Below the pieces are notes generated by a model that saw only the letters and a program-made list of their open reading frames with translations, made no database searches and was not told where the DNA came from. 54,107 nt of DNA from an uncultured Bacteroidota bacterium (GTDB lineage: Bacteria; Bacteroidota; Rhodothermia; Rhodothermales; UBA10348), in contig CALEEY010000044.1 in the NCBI GenBank assembly GCA_937877085.1, positions 1 through 54,107 of the forward strand, read 5' to 3'. This document shows, piece after piece, positions 9,175 through 18,523 of the stretch. How positions within the stretch are numbered: position 1 is the stretch's first letter; every line of letters begins with the position of its first letter. Made by a program: the position numbers and the translations under genes.

Positions 9175-10677
9175 CTACATCAATTGGTATTCTGGAAATT
9201 GCGAGAGGCGGATCACGTAATGCACGACTCTATCTGCAGCGCCGCCTATACCGAGATCCCATTCATACCATGGGAGACCATTTAAAAACATCTTGACCAA
9301 ATTTCGCTGATAGGCCGGACCGTTTAAAAACCACTCTGGAAACGGATTTACGATTAAGTCGCCTTCAAATGGTTCTTCAATATCGGCCACTTCTACCCAT
9401 TCAATCGGAATAGCCAACATATGATGGGCCAATCCAATGGCCAGCTCCAGGGCAGCGTGTGGAGAGCCTGTCGGGGTCATGGCCTGAGCAAAATGCAATA
9501 TTTGCTCAGGTTCAACATATCGCCGCACAATTTGATCGGATATGGACCATCTCGAAGCTAGCGTACTGGTCGTGATCCATTCGCGGTGTCCGGGCCAACC
9601 CGCCACGTTAGGAGGTGACAAAAGGGTTTGATCTATCGTGATGATGGCCTTTCGAACATAGTTAGCTTGAGGAGTATTGGGGACGATGTCCATTTCTACC
9701 AAATGCCCGACACACAGATCGATGGGCGATTTTTCTCTTCCCCCTACCACTGTGCTGGCAAAAAACGCTTGGTCCGTAAAAAGGGCTTTGTAGGCGGAAA
9801 GTAGGTCAAAATTAGAGTTGAGAAGAACAAGAGCTAGGCTATCGACCAAAGATGGATCTGCGATTCGATACACAAACTCTTCAACCAATTTTTTCGCCAT
9901 AAAATGGGCGATTTGCTCCGCACGCTCTTCAAATAAAATGGTAACTACGTCGTCGTAACCAAACTCTCCTGTTCTTCCAAGAAACGTCTTAGGGCCGTCA
10001 TCAAAGGCAATAAATGAGAAGCGAACATCCCAAGACGCGGGAGTTTGTAAACCCCAACCCGAAAGCGCTTTCGCCATCTCCTGGATATCCGATTCGGTAT
10101 AGTTCGCCGCTCCGTTTTTATCGAGCGGGCCCATAGTGAACAATTCCATGAGCTCGCGGGCATAATTCTCGTTCGGAGCATTTCCATTATTAATGTTGCC
10201 ATCAAGATAGATGAGCATAGCGGCGTCTATTCCAATGGCGTGTACAAAACTCTTAAAATTGCCGAATGCGTTGGTGCGCAATGTATTAAGATATCGATAG
10301 CCCCGCGCGGAGTACACGTAATCTTGGTAGCTCGTAACGAAGTGGTCGTGCCAAAACAACGTCAGGCGTTCTCTGAGCCTATTTTTGGCCATTTGACCAA
10401 TCCAAGCTTCTGTCAATTCAATTCGCCATTCCGTGTTACTCACCACGAATGCGGCTTTCGTCTCTGCGGAGGCCGTTCTAGATGGAGGTAGATCGTTGGC
10501 CCAAGTGGGCGCATTAGGAAGCGGGAAATTATTCGCTCCCGTCAAAAGCTCGTCTACGACCTCTCTGGCAGTCCGACCAACAAAGGTTTCGGCCTCTCCG
10601 GGCTTGGCGCCAAAGCATGTCCGTCTAAGCAGATGCCGAGCTTCGGAAAGGGTCAATGGTGATAGATGTTCTTCCAT
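9175..10677 (-). CDS. DUF1800 domain protein
   Basis: ARHLLRRTCFG, LRERLTLFWHDHF, PNENYARELMELFTMG, PPNVAGW and terminal PEYQL. Lies 8 nt upstream of DUF1501. Confidence 0.9.
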   Translation of the reverse strand: MEEHLSPLTLSEARHLLRRTCFGAKPGEAETFVGRTAREVVDELLTGANNFPLPNAPTWANDLPPSRTASAETKAAFVVSNTEWRIELTEAWIGQMAKNRLRERLTLFWHDHFVTSYQDYVYSARGYRYLNTLRTNAFGNFKSFVHAIGIDAAMLIYLDGNINNGNAPNENYARELMELFTMGPLDKNGAANYTESDIQEMAKALSGWGLQTPASWDVRFSFIAFDDGPKTFLGRTGEFGYDDVVTILFEERAEQIAHFMAKKLVEEFVYRIADPSLVDSLALVLLNSNFDLLSAYKALFTDQAFFASTVVGGREKSPIDLCVGHLVEMDIVPNTPQANYVRKAIITIDQTLLSPPNVAGWPGHREWITTSTLASRWSISDQIVRRYVEPEQILHFAQAMTPTGSPHAALELAIGLAHHMLAIPIEWVEVADIEEPFEGDLIVNPFPEWFLNGPAYQRNLVKMFLNGLPWYEWDLGIGGAADRVVHYVIRLSQFPEYQLM

Positions 10678-10713
10678 AGTGCAAGTATCGGTCAATAAGC
10701 CGTCGAATTCCAA

Positions 10714-10732
10714 TCCAATATGTCACAAAAGT
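10714..10732 (-). promoter_or_regulatory. Putative transcription-factor site ACTTTTGTGACATATTGGA
   Basis: 18/19 identical to 28735-28753; lies about 37 nt upstream of the DUF1800 start. Confidence 0.45.
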
Positions 10733-10821
10733 ATGGTTTTTTCAAGGCCGCCCCTTTCGCCCTTTTTCAATTTCTAGCTCTCCATTTTGTCCTTCCCTTC
10801 GAAACAGTATCCATCCTAGCA

Positions 10822-10862
10822 TAAAAAAGAGAGGGGCGGGCCTAAAAGGCCCGCCCCTCTCT
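10822..10862 (-). terminator. Intrinsic terminator-like hairpin in a divergent intergenic region
   Basis: 16-bp perfect stem (10828-10843 / 10847-10862) with a 3-nt loop, followed by a U-run on the minus strand. Confidence 0.7.
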
Positions 10863-11020
10863 AACTGCTCATCTTGGGCTTCTTTTGGATATATTGCGGC
10901 AGAATCCGACTTGGCCAAGTTGAATTTATAAAGTCGTTTTTAGAAGTAGATCTAAATTCAATTCCGACTAGTAGTGGCTTTTTCTTCGAATAATGGCCGA
11001 TAAAATGTGCAAACGACGTT

Positions 11021-11539
11021 ATGAAAATTTTCCTTCTTTTGATGTGCTTTTTTTGGATGGCTGGCTGTACAGCTCAATCGGAAGCTCCTGAACCTTCTCT
11101 CCCTCCTTCCGATGCCGTGTTGACCTGGGTACCCAAGCTAGATCGGGTTTTGGAAGAAATAGGGATCATGCAAGAAAATGCTGTCACGCAAAGAGACATG
11201 ACATCTTCAGCTTTCTTGGAGTTCGAAGTTTTAGATGCCTCCTTGTATATAGAAATGATGGATTACGCCCAGTATTGCTCTGTTGAAGACAAAACAAAGC
11301 TATTTGAGTCACACTATGAGTGGCTGAAAAACCGAGATACGGCTGGCAAAAACGCTCGACTTGAATATGAAGGGGGCTCTATGGCTCCTCTGATTGAAGC
11401 GACTACCTTGTCTAGAGCGACTGAAAAGCGATTGGCTGCGTTCTCTGAACTGAGTCGTGACGGATTGTGTCCATTCCCAACCGACAACACCGTTTCATTG
11501 GATTCCGGCTCCATAGATAACCCCGACGCCTCAAACTAA
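11021..11539 (+). CDS. Lipoprotein, LprI/DUF1311-like
   Basis: Lipobox MAGC; LFESHYEWLKNRD...YEGGSMAPL resembles the LprI family signature. Confidence 0.6.
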   Translation: MKIFLLLMCFFWMAGCTAQSEAPEPSLPPSDAVLTWVPKLDRVLEEIGIMQENAVTQRDMTSSAFLEFEVLDASLYIEMMDYAQYCSVEDKTKLFESHYEWLKNRDTAGKNARLEYEGGSMAPLIEATTLSRATEKRLAAFSELSRDGLCPFPTDNTVSLDSGSIDNPDASN

Positions 11540-11556
11540 TTGCATGTACTGATCCC

Positions 11557-12033
11557 ATGAAACAACTTCTAATCGGCTTATTCTTGGCTTTGATCGTGCT
11601 TGAGGCGCCAGCTCAATCCAATGAGGCCGCCGTTAATACGGTGCTGGACAATATCCACAAGCTAGCTTCTGAAGCCAATTTCGACGGCTATTTTGTATTG
11701 TATACCGCCGACGCCATTTTTTTAGGTACGGATGCTACCGAGCGGTGGTCTATCGATGAATTCAAAGGCTATGCAAAGCCATCGTTCGACCGAGGGACGG
11801 GTTGGACATACATTCCCACTGAAAGGCACGTTTATCTCTCTCCTGACCAAAATTCAGCCTGGTTTGACGAGAAGCTCGATAATGAAGGGTTCGGCGAATG
11901 TCGCGGGACCGGAGCATTAATCAAGGTAGATGGGGTTTGGAAAGTTACCCAGTACAATTTGACCGTTCCGATTCCAAATGACTTGCTTCGGCCGGTAGCG
12001 GGGCAGATTAAGCAGTTCAAAAAGGGAAATTGA
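11557..12033 (+). CDS. Secreted NTF2/SnoaL-like protein
   Basis: Signal peptide; FLGTDATERW, AWFDEKL, RGTGAL, WKVTQYNLTVPIPN. Confidence 0.85.
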   Translation: MKQLLIGLFLALIVLEAPAQSNEAAVNTVLDNIHKLASEANFDGYFVLYTADAIFLGTDATERWSIDEFKGYAKPSFDRGTGWTYIPTERHVYLSPDQNSAWFDEKLDNEGFGECRGTGALIKVDGVWKVTQYNLTVPIPNDLLRPVAGQIKQFKKGN

Positions 12034-12101
12034 ACGTACCTGTCATAAATTGTTAGTTTTTCGTCCTATTTTGGTGTGGCGTACCATCCCAATCAATCCA
12101 A

Positions 12102-13190
12102 ATGACCGAAACAAAGATAAAATTTTCTTCCCGCGACGGAGCTGCTTTTGTCAAGGAAGTCAAAGCCGAAGTCAACCAATATTTTGTTGACAACAACCTC
12201 TCAAAACACGCTAATGGAGCCATGCGTCTTAAAACGGCGGCCATTATGCTCATGTTTTTTGGCCCGTATGCCCTCATTATGTGGGGTGGGCTTAGCCTTA
12301 TGCAGATGTGGTTTCTGGCTTTGGTTATGGGGGTTGGTGCAGCTGGCATGGGATTTAGTGTATCGCACGACGCCTTGCACGGGGCCTATTCATCAAAATC
12401 ATGGGTAAACGCCACGCTTGGGTATTTTTTCGACCTGATTGGTGCTAACAGCTACATGTGGAAAATCACCCATAACGTGATTCACCATACCTATACCAAC
12501 ATTACTGGGGTTGATGAAGACCTTACCGTCTCTCCCCTTGTTCGTCTTTCCCCGGAAGCTCCAAGGTACCCATTTCATCGGTTTCAGCACTTTTTTGCAT
12601 TCCCTGCCTACAGCCTTGCTACCATCAACTGGCTATTTGCGAAGGACTTTCAGCAGTTTTTGAAAAAGGATATCGGTCCTTACAAAGACAAAAAGCACCC
12701 GCCAATAGAGATTTTTAAACTGGTAGTAACCAAAGTAGTAGCCATTACCTATCAAGTGATTCTCCCCTTGTGGCTGTTGGACATTACCTTTGGTCAGTTT
12801 TTGATCGGTTTTTTCACCATGCACATGACGGCGGGCCTCATTTTGGGGGTCATCTTTCAGCTCGCACACGTTGTTGAAGGACCTGAATATCTCGCCCCTG
12901 ACGAAAATGGCGATATGGAAAGCTCTTGGCTCATCCACGAAATGCGCACGACAGCCAATTTCGCCCGGAATAACCACCTGCTCACATGGTATGTTGGCGG
13001 TCTTAATTACCAAATTGAACACCATCTTTTTCCGCAAACGTCTAGTATTCACTATCCGAATCTGAGCCCTATTGTGCGTGAAATTGCGGCTCGGCACAAC
13101 GTGCCCTACAACTACCATCCGACCCTGCTCAAGTCCATCAAGTCCCACCTTACGATGCTCAGGCAATTGGGTCGCCCGCCGGCAGCATGA
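12102..13190 (+). CDS. Membrane fatty acid (acyl-CoA) desaturase
   Basis: Three His boxes: HDALH, HNVIHH and QIEHHLFP. Confidence 0.9.
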   Translation: MTETKIKFSSRDGAAFVKEVKAEVNQYFVDNNLSKHANGAMRLKTAAIMLMFFGPYALIMWGGLSLMQMWFLALVMGVGAAGMGFSVSHDALHGAYSSKSWVNATLGYFFDLIGANSYMWKITHNVIHHTYTNITGVDEDLTVSPLVRLSPEAPRYPFHRFQHFFAFPAYSLATINWLFAKDFQQFLKKDIGPYKDKKHPPIEIFKLVVTKVVAITYQVILPLWLLDITFGQFLIGFFTMHMTAGLILGVIFQLAHVVEGPEYLAPDENGDMESSWLIHEMRTTANFARNNHLLTWYVGGLNYQIEHHLFPQTSSIHYPNLSPIVREIAARHNVPYNYHPTLLKSIKSHLTMLRQLGRPPAA

Positions 13191-13432
13191 ACAGGATAAA
13201 ATTTACACTTCCCAGTATCGGCTTGATGGAGTTACGAGAAGTGGAAGGGATGGTCTGGATTGAAGATGATTTATTGGTGGTAGAGGTCAGTCATAAACTG
13301 ATTGGCCTTTGGGACGAGCAGGTAGAAACGGTTAAAATCGAACCTTCTGCGCTTCGGGATATCTACCTGAAGACCGGATTTTTCTACCCGTGCAGGTCTT
13401 TCCTACTCCGTGCAGGTCGACGGTTTTCCTGA
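13187..13432 (+). pseudogene. Hypothetical protein, probably 3'-truncated
   Basis: ATGA overlap with the desaturase. Protein-like up to LKTGFF, then runs into a 20-bp tandem duplication and the convergent gene. Confidence 0.5.
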
Positions 13433-13996
13433 TTCTGCCCCATATCGTAAAGTGGAGAGCATACCGGTCCCGTCTTCGCGTAGATGTACGACATACAGTC
13501 GATCAAAATCAAACTCGGTCAGATCAGGCAGCGTCGTTCCAATAAGCAAATTGATCAGTGCGGGTGTCGTATTGCTGTGGCCCGAAATCAAAATGCGCTC
13601 GGCAGTGGATTCCCTGATTGTTGATGCTAGTTCAGCAACAAATCCTGCTTGAACCGCAATTTGGGTGATGGGCTTTCCCGTTGATTCTGAAATAGGAGTG
13701 GCCGTTTCGATGGTCCGATAAAACGGAGTTGAATAGATCTCCTGTATTTCCTCATCCATAAGCACTCGAGCCAGTTCACTGGCTCGATCCCTTCCATAGG
13801 ACGATAAATGGGGATTCGAACCTTGATCGAGACAGGTTTCCCCGTGACGCACTAGATAAACGACTTTGTCTGCCTCAACGAGCCCTGCCCCTACGACGTG
13901 CCCCTTCGACGCAACGTACCCCCGCTCTCCAACAGATCCTGAGCCTCCCATCGAAAAGGACATCAAAAAGACGACTATGAATGCTAAGTATTTCAT
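13403..13996 (-). CDS. Histidine phosphatase family (SixA/PGM-like), secreted
   Basis: VYLVRHGE, YSTPFYRTIETA, ISGHSNT; signal peptide from MKYLAF. Confidence 0.85.
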   Translation of the reverse strand: MKYLAFIVVFLMSFSMGGSGSVGERGYVASKGHVVGAGLVEADKVVYLVRHGETCLDQGSNPHLSSYGRDRASELARVLMDEEIQEIYSTPFYRTIETATPISESTGKPITQIAVQAGFVAELASTIRESTAERILISGHSNTTPALINLLIGTTLPDLTEFDFDRLYVVHLREDGTGMLSTLRYGAESGKPSTCTE

Positions 13997-14153
13997 AAAA
14001 ACGTTGTTTATTGAACACCGAATAACATACGATTCGTCGAATGAAAACGCGTCTCCTACCTTTAATTCTCTTGCCTTCCATCTCCGCAACGGGGCAGAAG
14101 ATCCGCACTTTTTGCGATAGCGTCGTCGTTAGGCGGGGTTACCAGACAATTAT

Positions 14154-15221
14154 ATGAGCCTCTTTCTTTGGATAATTGCCGTAGTGCACGGAACGTTGTT
14201 CGTCAACGCGGTGGCGAATCTCGTGCATTTCAAACGCCAGCGTTCCCGCTCCTTTGAAGGCACTCTGCCCAAGGTCTCTGTGCTGGTTCCAGCTAGAAAC
14301 GAAGAGCCTAATTTACCTCGACTTCTAGCCTCCTTCATTCGGCAGGACCACCCGAATGCCGAACTCTTGGTATATGACGACCTTTCCGAGGATGGCACGT
14401 GGTCCATTATTTCCCGATTCGAAAACGACCAAATCAAGGGGCTACGTGGGTCAACGTTGCCTGATGGATGGGTTGGGAAGGTCCACGGATGCTATCAACT
14501 GTCCCTCGCCGCTACGGGAAGCGTACTGTTGTTCATTGACGCAGACACGGAGTTTCACGATGCTGGCTCTTTGCAAGCCATGTGTCGCCGGTTTGAAGCC
14601 CGACCAAAGGGGACCATGATCACGGGCATGACCTTACTTAAGGGCCGCGGCCAACTGATCGTTACGATGGTTGGAAATTTAATATTGGCTTGGATACCGT
14701 GGTGGTTAGGAAAGCACATGCCTTCACACCGATTGTCCGCTGTAAACGGTCAGTGCTGGATGATTGATACAGTGGATTATCGTCGGCTAGAGCCTCACGT
14801 CTTCGTTAAAAACCAAGTTTTGGAAGACGTCATGATTGGCCGATATCTACACACACAAGGACTGATTCCTTTACTTGACGATGTCCGTCCCGAACTCGCC
14901 GTTTACATGTATACGAGTTTCGTAGAAGCATGGAGGGGGTTTCGCAAAAACGCTGCTGCCGCGCTTGGAGGGTCAACTTGGACTTCCTCAGTCGCTTTAT
15001 GCACCTACTTTGTCGTGTTTTTAATAGCCCCATTCTTCAATATCTGGTTTTTGGCATCCCTTTACGGGATAAAATGGATTACCGACCTGACCACCCGCCA
15101 ACCGTTTACCGTAACGCTGCTGGCACCGATCTCTTATTTTCTGACTATCTTGATCGGGGTTGACTCAATTATCACACGAAGTCGCGGCCAAATCGAGTGG
15201 AAAGGTCGCCAAATTCAATAA
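14154..15221 (+). CDS. Glycosyltransferase family 2 (CrtQ/CruC-like)
   Basis: N-terminal TM helix, VSVLVPARNEE, DDLSEDGT, LPDGWVGK, FIDADT, EDV and terminal WKGR. Confidence 0.85.
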   Translation: MSLFLWIIAVVHGTLFVNAVANLVHFKRQRSRSFEGTLPKVSVLVPARNEEPNLPRLLASFIRQDHPNAELLVYDDLSEDGTWSIISRFENDQIKGLRGSTLPDGWVGKVHGCYQLSLAATGSVLLFIDADTEFHDAGSLQAMCRRFEARPKGTMITGMTLLKGRGQLIVTMVGNLILAWIPWWLGKHMPSHRLSAVNGQCWMIDTVDYRRLEPHVFVKNQVLEDVMIGRYLHTQGLIPLLDDVRPELAVYMYTSFVEAWRGFRKNAAAALGGSTWTSSVALCTYFVVFLIAPFFNIWFLASLYGIKWITDLTTRQPFTVTLLAPISYFLTILIGVDSIITRSRGQIEWKGRQIQ

Positions 15222-15604
15222 TGGGCATGAGTGAATTACGATTACGGCTGCTAAAAGAAACTTTTTCGATTCACAGACTCGATCCGAGCCGACCGATTCC
15301 AACCACCGTTTTGGGGTCACCCATTTTTTTCGTTGGCCGTACCAGAGAAGAGTTGTCCATTGTCTGTAGCTCTACCATTCCCGTTCTGCACGCCAAAACA
15401 GAAGAAAATTGGGCGTGCTTTATGGTGGAAGGGCCTCTCAATTTTAATTTGACCGGCATCATAGCCCGGCTTTCCGCGGCATTGGCCGAGGCTGCGGTGA
15501 GTATTTTTGCGATCTCAACCTTTGATACTGACTATATATTGGTCCAGCAGGACGATATAGGTCGCGCAGAGGATGCTTTAAAGACAGCGGGCTATCAACT
15601 GTAA
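15221..15604 (+). CDS. ACT domain protein
   Basis: RTREELSIVC, GPLNFNLTGII, IFAISTFDTDYILV; TAATG overlap with the GT2 stop. Confidence 0.85.
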   Translation: MGMSELRLRLLKETFSIHRLDPSRPIPTTVLGSPIFFVGRTREELSIVCSSTIPVLHAKTEENWACFMVEGPLNFNLTGIIARLSAALAEAAVSIFAISTFDTDYILVQQDDIGRAEDALKTAGYQL

Positions 15605-15622
15605 ACAACTAGCTACTTTTAG

Positions 15623-15772
15623 ATGGTACTTCAACCTTTTCTGGAATTGGATGATGTTGAAAAAAGCCCGTTGATGGGGTTCCTATGCCTGCGAGTAGAT
15701 GGCCAATTTTTTGCCTCGTGTAAACCCAAATTGCGTGACCTCCTGAAACGAGTATCACCCTTTACCGCCTAA
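15623..15772 (+). pseudogene. Short remnant of a conserved hypothetical (possibly TfoX-N-like) gene
   Basis: Manually read 49-aa ORF MVLQPFLELDDVEKSPLMGFLCLRVDGQFFASC..., recalling the MGFPCLRVxGxFFA motif; in-frame TAG directly upstream. Confidence 0.4.
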
Positions 15773-15775
15773 ACA

Positions 15776-16399
15776 ATGGAACGCTCTTCAGACGCCCACC
15801 ATTGGGACACGATTTACGGAAAATATCGGCGCGATCAATTGGGTTGGCATGCTCCCGTCTTGCAAACCTCGCTGAATTGGATCCTTAAATACGCTGAATC
15901 AAAAAATAGTCCCATCGTAGATATTGGGGGTGGTTCATCCTCCTTGGTTGACCATTTGTTAGGTCATTTTTATTCCAAGGTTACCGTTTTGGACCTGTCT
16001 CAGCGAGCGTTGGATGATTCCGCGAATCGGTTGGGGGCCAAGGCGTCCGATGTGACTTTCGTGTGCGCGGATATTCGCGATGCTAACCTTTTCCTTAAGC
16101 CAACCCAAATCTGGCATGATCGGGCCGCTTTTCATTTCTTGTTTGGATCCGAAGTTGATAGCTATCGAGACCGGCTAAAAAAGACGTTAGCAACTGGTGG
16201 AACGTTCATTTTGGGCGTTTTCTCCGAAAACGCCCCACCTACCTGCTCCAGTCTCGCTGTCAACAGGCACTCAGTAACAGGCTTAGAGCGCATTTTTTCG
16301 CCGGCGTTTCGCCTTTTGGAAAGCAAAATCGAAATTCATTACACACCAACCGCCATTCAACAAGAATACCTGTACACCGCTTGGGAAAGACTTCCCTAG
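15776..16399 (+). CDS. Class I SAM-dependent methyltransferase
   Basis: IVDIGGGSS, TVLDLS, WHDRAAFHFL. Confidence 0.85.
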   Translation: MERSSDAHHWDTIYGKYRRDQLGWHAPVLQTSLNWILKYAESKNSPIVDIGGGSSSLVDHLLGHFYSKVTVLDLSQRALDDSANRLGAKASDVTFVCADIRDANLFLKPTQIWHDRAAFHFLFGSEVDSYRDRLKKTLATGGTFILGVFSENAPPTCSSLAVNRHSVTGLERIFSPAFRLLESKIEIHYTPTAIQQEYLYTAWERLP

Positions 16400-16419
16400 C
16401 AACACAGTTAAATGTGCCT

Positions 16420-16890
16420 ATGACCTCCATCCTTCTGCGTCCCTCTGTTTTGAGCGATTTGCCTTCCGTCTCATCTTGGTTACAAAACCAAAACGAGTGC
16501 GATCTGTGGTCCGGGGGCGTGGTTCCATTTCCGATCCACATTGACAGCCTTTCAACTAAGATTGTTTGGGATTCCGTGCAGTCTTGGACCGTTACAGACA
16601 ACGGTAAAGTGGTCGGATACGGCCAATTAGTCCCCAAGCCGGAAGGCAGGCTACACCTGGCACGCATTCTCATTGACCCCAGCGCTCGAGGAAACGGGTT
16701 TGGTCGCCTACTGGTTACTCACCTATTGAATGAAGCCATAACCAACCAAGCGTCCAAGATTTCTCTCAACGTCCATCCTGAAAATAAATTGGCCAAAGCA
16801 CTCTACCTTTCGCTCGGCTTTCGTCCTGTCGAAAACTATGAGGCCAGTAACCGAGGAGCTTTTGTGTACATGGAATACAGCCCCAACTAA
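16420..16890 (+). CDS. GNAT family N-acetyltransferase
   Basis: IDPSARGNGFG and NKLAKALYLSLGF. Confidence 0.85.
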   Translation: MTSILLRPSVLSDLPSVSSWLQNQNECDLWSGGVVPFPIHIDSLSTKIVWDSVQSWTVTDNGKVVGYGQLVPKPEGRLHLARILIDPSARGNGFGRLLVTHLLNEAITNQASKISLNVHPENKLAKALYLSLGFRPVENYEASNRGAFVYMEYSPN

Positions 16891-16922
16891 CGCCCGACCG
16901 GTACACCTATCGTCAAAGAAGT

Positions 16923-17438
16923 ATGGTCATAGAAGGAGAATCAAAACGGGTCATGACTGAGGCACTCTTAACAGATGCCCAGGAATTAGTATCTCTAAAA
17001 CAAGCTGTTTTTGAAGATATTCAGCAACGATTTGGGGCTGGTCATTGGCCGCCCGTATCCAATCTTTCTGATGTCGAACGAAGCATTGCTCATTCTAGAA
17101 TACTCGTCTGTAAAGAAGGCCATACCATCGTGGGCATGCTTCGATTATCGATTGAAAAACCATGGGCCATCGATCTGGCCTATTTCAAACCGGTATCCAA
17201 GGCCATATACATTACCGATATGGCCGTGCTCCCTGCCCGTCAACATTCGGGAATAGGCTCTCAACTAATCGAATACGCATCCCAGACTGCCATCGAGAAT
17301 GACGTCCTTGCCCTGCGACTTGACACCTACGATTCTGAAAATGGCGCGGGAGCATTCTACTTAAAGTGCGGATTCGCGGAAAGAGGAAGAGCATCCTTTC
17401 GAGGAACCTCTTTGAGGTACTTCGAAAAGATGCTCTAA
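16923..17438 (+). CDS. GNAT family N-acetyltransferase
   Basis: MAVLPARQHSGIG and AGAFYLKCGF. Confidence 0.85.
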   Translation: MVIEGESKRVMTEALLTDAQELVSLKQAVFEDIQQRFGAGHWPPVSNLSDVERSIAHSRILVCKEGHTIVGMLRLSIEKPWAIDLAYFKPVSKAIYITDMAVLPARQHSGIGSQLIEYASQTAIENDVLALRLDTYDSENGAGAFYLKCGFAERGRASFRGTSLRYFEKML

Positions 17439-17476
17439 TAATCCTCCCAGGTGCACTCCGCAGCCCTAAATGTCCC

Positions 17477-18523
17477 TTACTGGTTGTTCATTTCAATGGA
17501 GCCATGAGTGGTCCGAGCCTGAATCCTGCGACCACCGCCATTAATAGATCCGGCAACCCGCTCTGCTCCGTTTTCGCCGTTGACCTTGAAATTCCGATCC
17601 ATTTGAATGTCAGGAGCTTCGAAATCGAGATCGGCCCCAGCATTTGCATCCATCGAGATGTCAATATCGCCATGTTCAGTCGACAACGTTGCGCTCTCGT
17701 TTCCAGCCAGAAACACGCGAATGCTGCCGTGTGAGGTCGTTATGTCCGCTTCTCCTACGATACGTTTAATCGAAATATTCGCATGCGAAGTAGCGGCGCT
17801 GAAGCTTTTGGCGTCCACTTCGCCGATCTCAATGTCTGCGTGAGACGTTTCGACATCGACCTGGGATGATGTCAAAGATTGGCCTGAAATATCGCCATGA
17901 GACGACTGGATCGAAATTCTTTCTCCTTTGATTCCACCAAAATCCACGTCCCCATGGGAAGTAAGCAGACTCACTTTCCCTTGGATATCAGCCAAATTTA
18001 CGTCTCCGTGAGAAGTCTGAAGTTCTACGTTGAACGCTTCTGGCACCGTTATCAATACACTAATATTAAGGCTACCATTAAAAGACCAATTGCTGCGGGG
18101 TGACTCGGCTTTCACGTACACAGCTCCACCCTCTTGGTACACTTCCCACTTCATATCTTCAAATCTGGCTCGTGCCCGATCTGAGTTCGAAGAGTTCAAC
18201 GTAACAACGACGGAGGCTTCACTACCGTTTCCAGTAATGATATCTACATCAGCGTGAGCAATATTGATCACGAGATCGTCTCCCTGATTGACATTAAACG
18301 TCTTTTCAATCATAACTTCTGAATCCCTTTCGCGGCTAGACTCTATGCGATCCAGTTTGGCCCGAACTTTGGAAATGATTCTGCTGTGCTCTCCTTCTCC
18401 CATATTGACTGTAAAATCGTCAGAATCCCCGAATTGCTCTTTGTGGGTCATATTCTGAAATAATTGAATACCGCCTAGAACGGTTAACACAACGAGAATG
18501 GAGCCTAATATTTTGGTGCGCAT
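17477..18523 (-). CDS. DUF4097 beta-strand repeat (adhesin-like) protein
   Basis: N-terminal TM/signal segment and repeated TSHGDV / SSHGDI / TSHADI units. Confidence 0.85.
   Translation of the reverse strand: MRTKILGSILVVLTVLGGIQLFQNMTHKEQFGDSDDFTVNMGEGEHSRIISKVRAKLDRIESSRERDSEVMIEKTFNVNQGDDLVINIAHADVDIITGNGSEASVVVTLNSSNSDRARARFEDMKWEVYQEGGAVYVKAESPRSNWSFNGSLNISVLITVPEAFNVELQTSHGDVNLADIQGKVSLLTSHGDVDFGGIKGERISIQSSHGDISGQSLTSSQVDVETSHADIEIGEVDAKSFSAATSHANISIKRIVGEADITTSHGSIRVFLAGNESATLSTEHGDIDISMDANAGADLDFEAPDIQMDRNFKVNGENGAERVAGSINGGGRRIQARTTHGSIEMNNQ

Noticed and set aside
13880-13930. GTAGGGGCAGGG REP-like word inside the phosphatase N-terminal linker
   Set aside because: There is no complementary arm and the match is too short to distinguish from chance.
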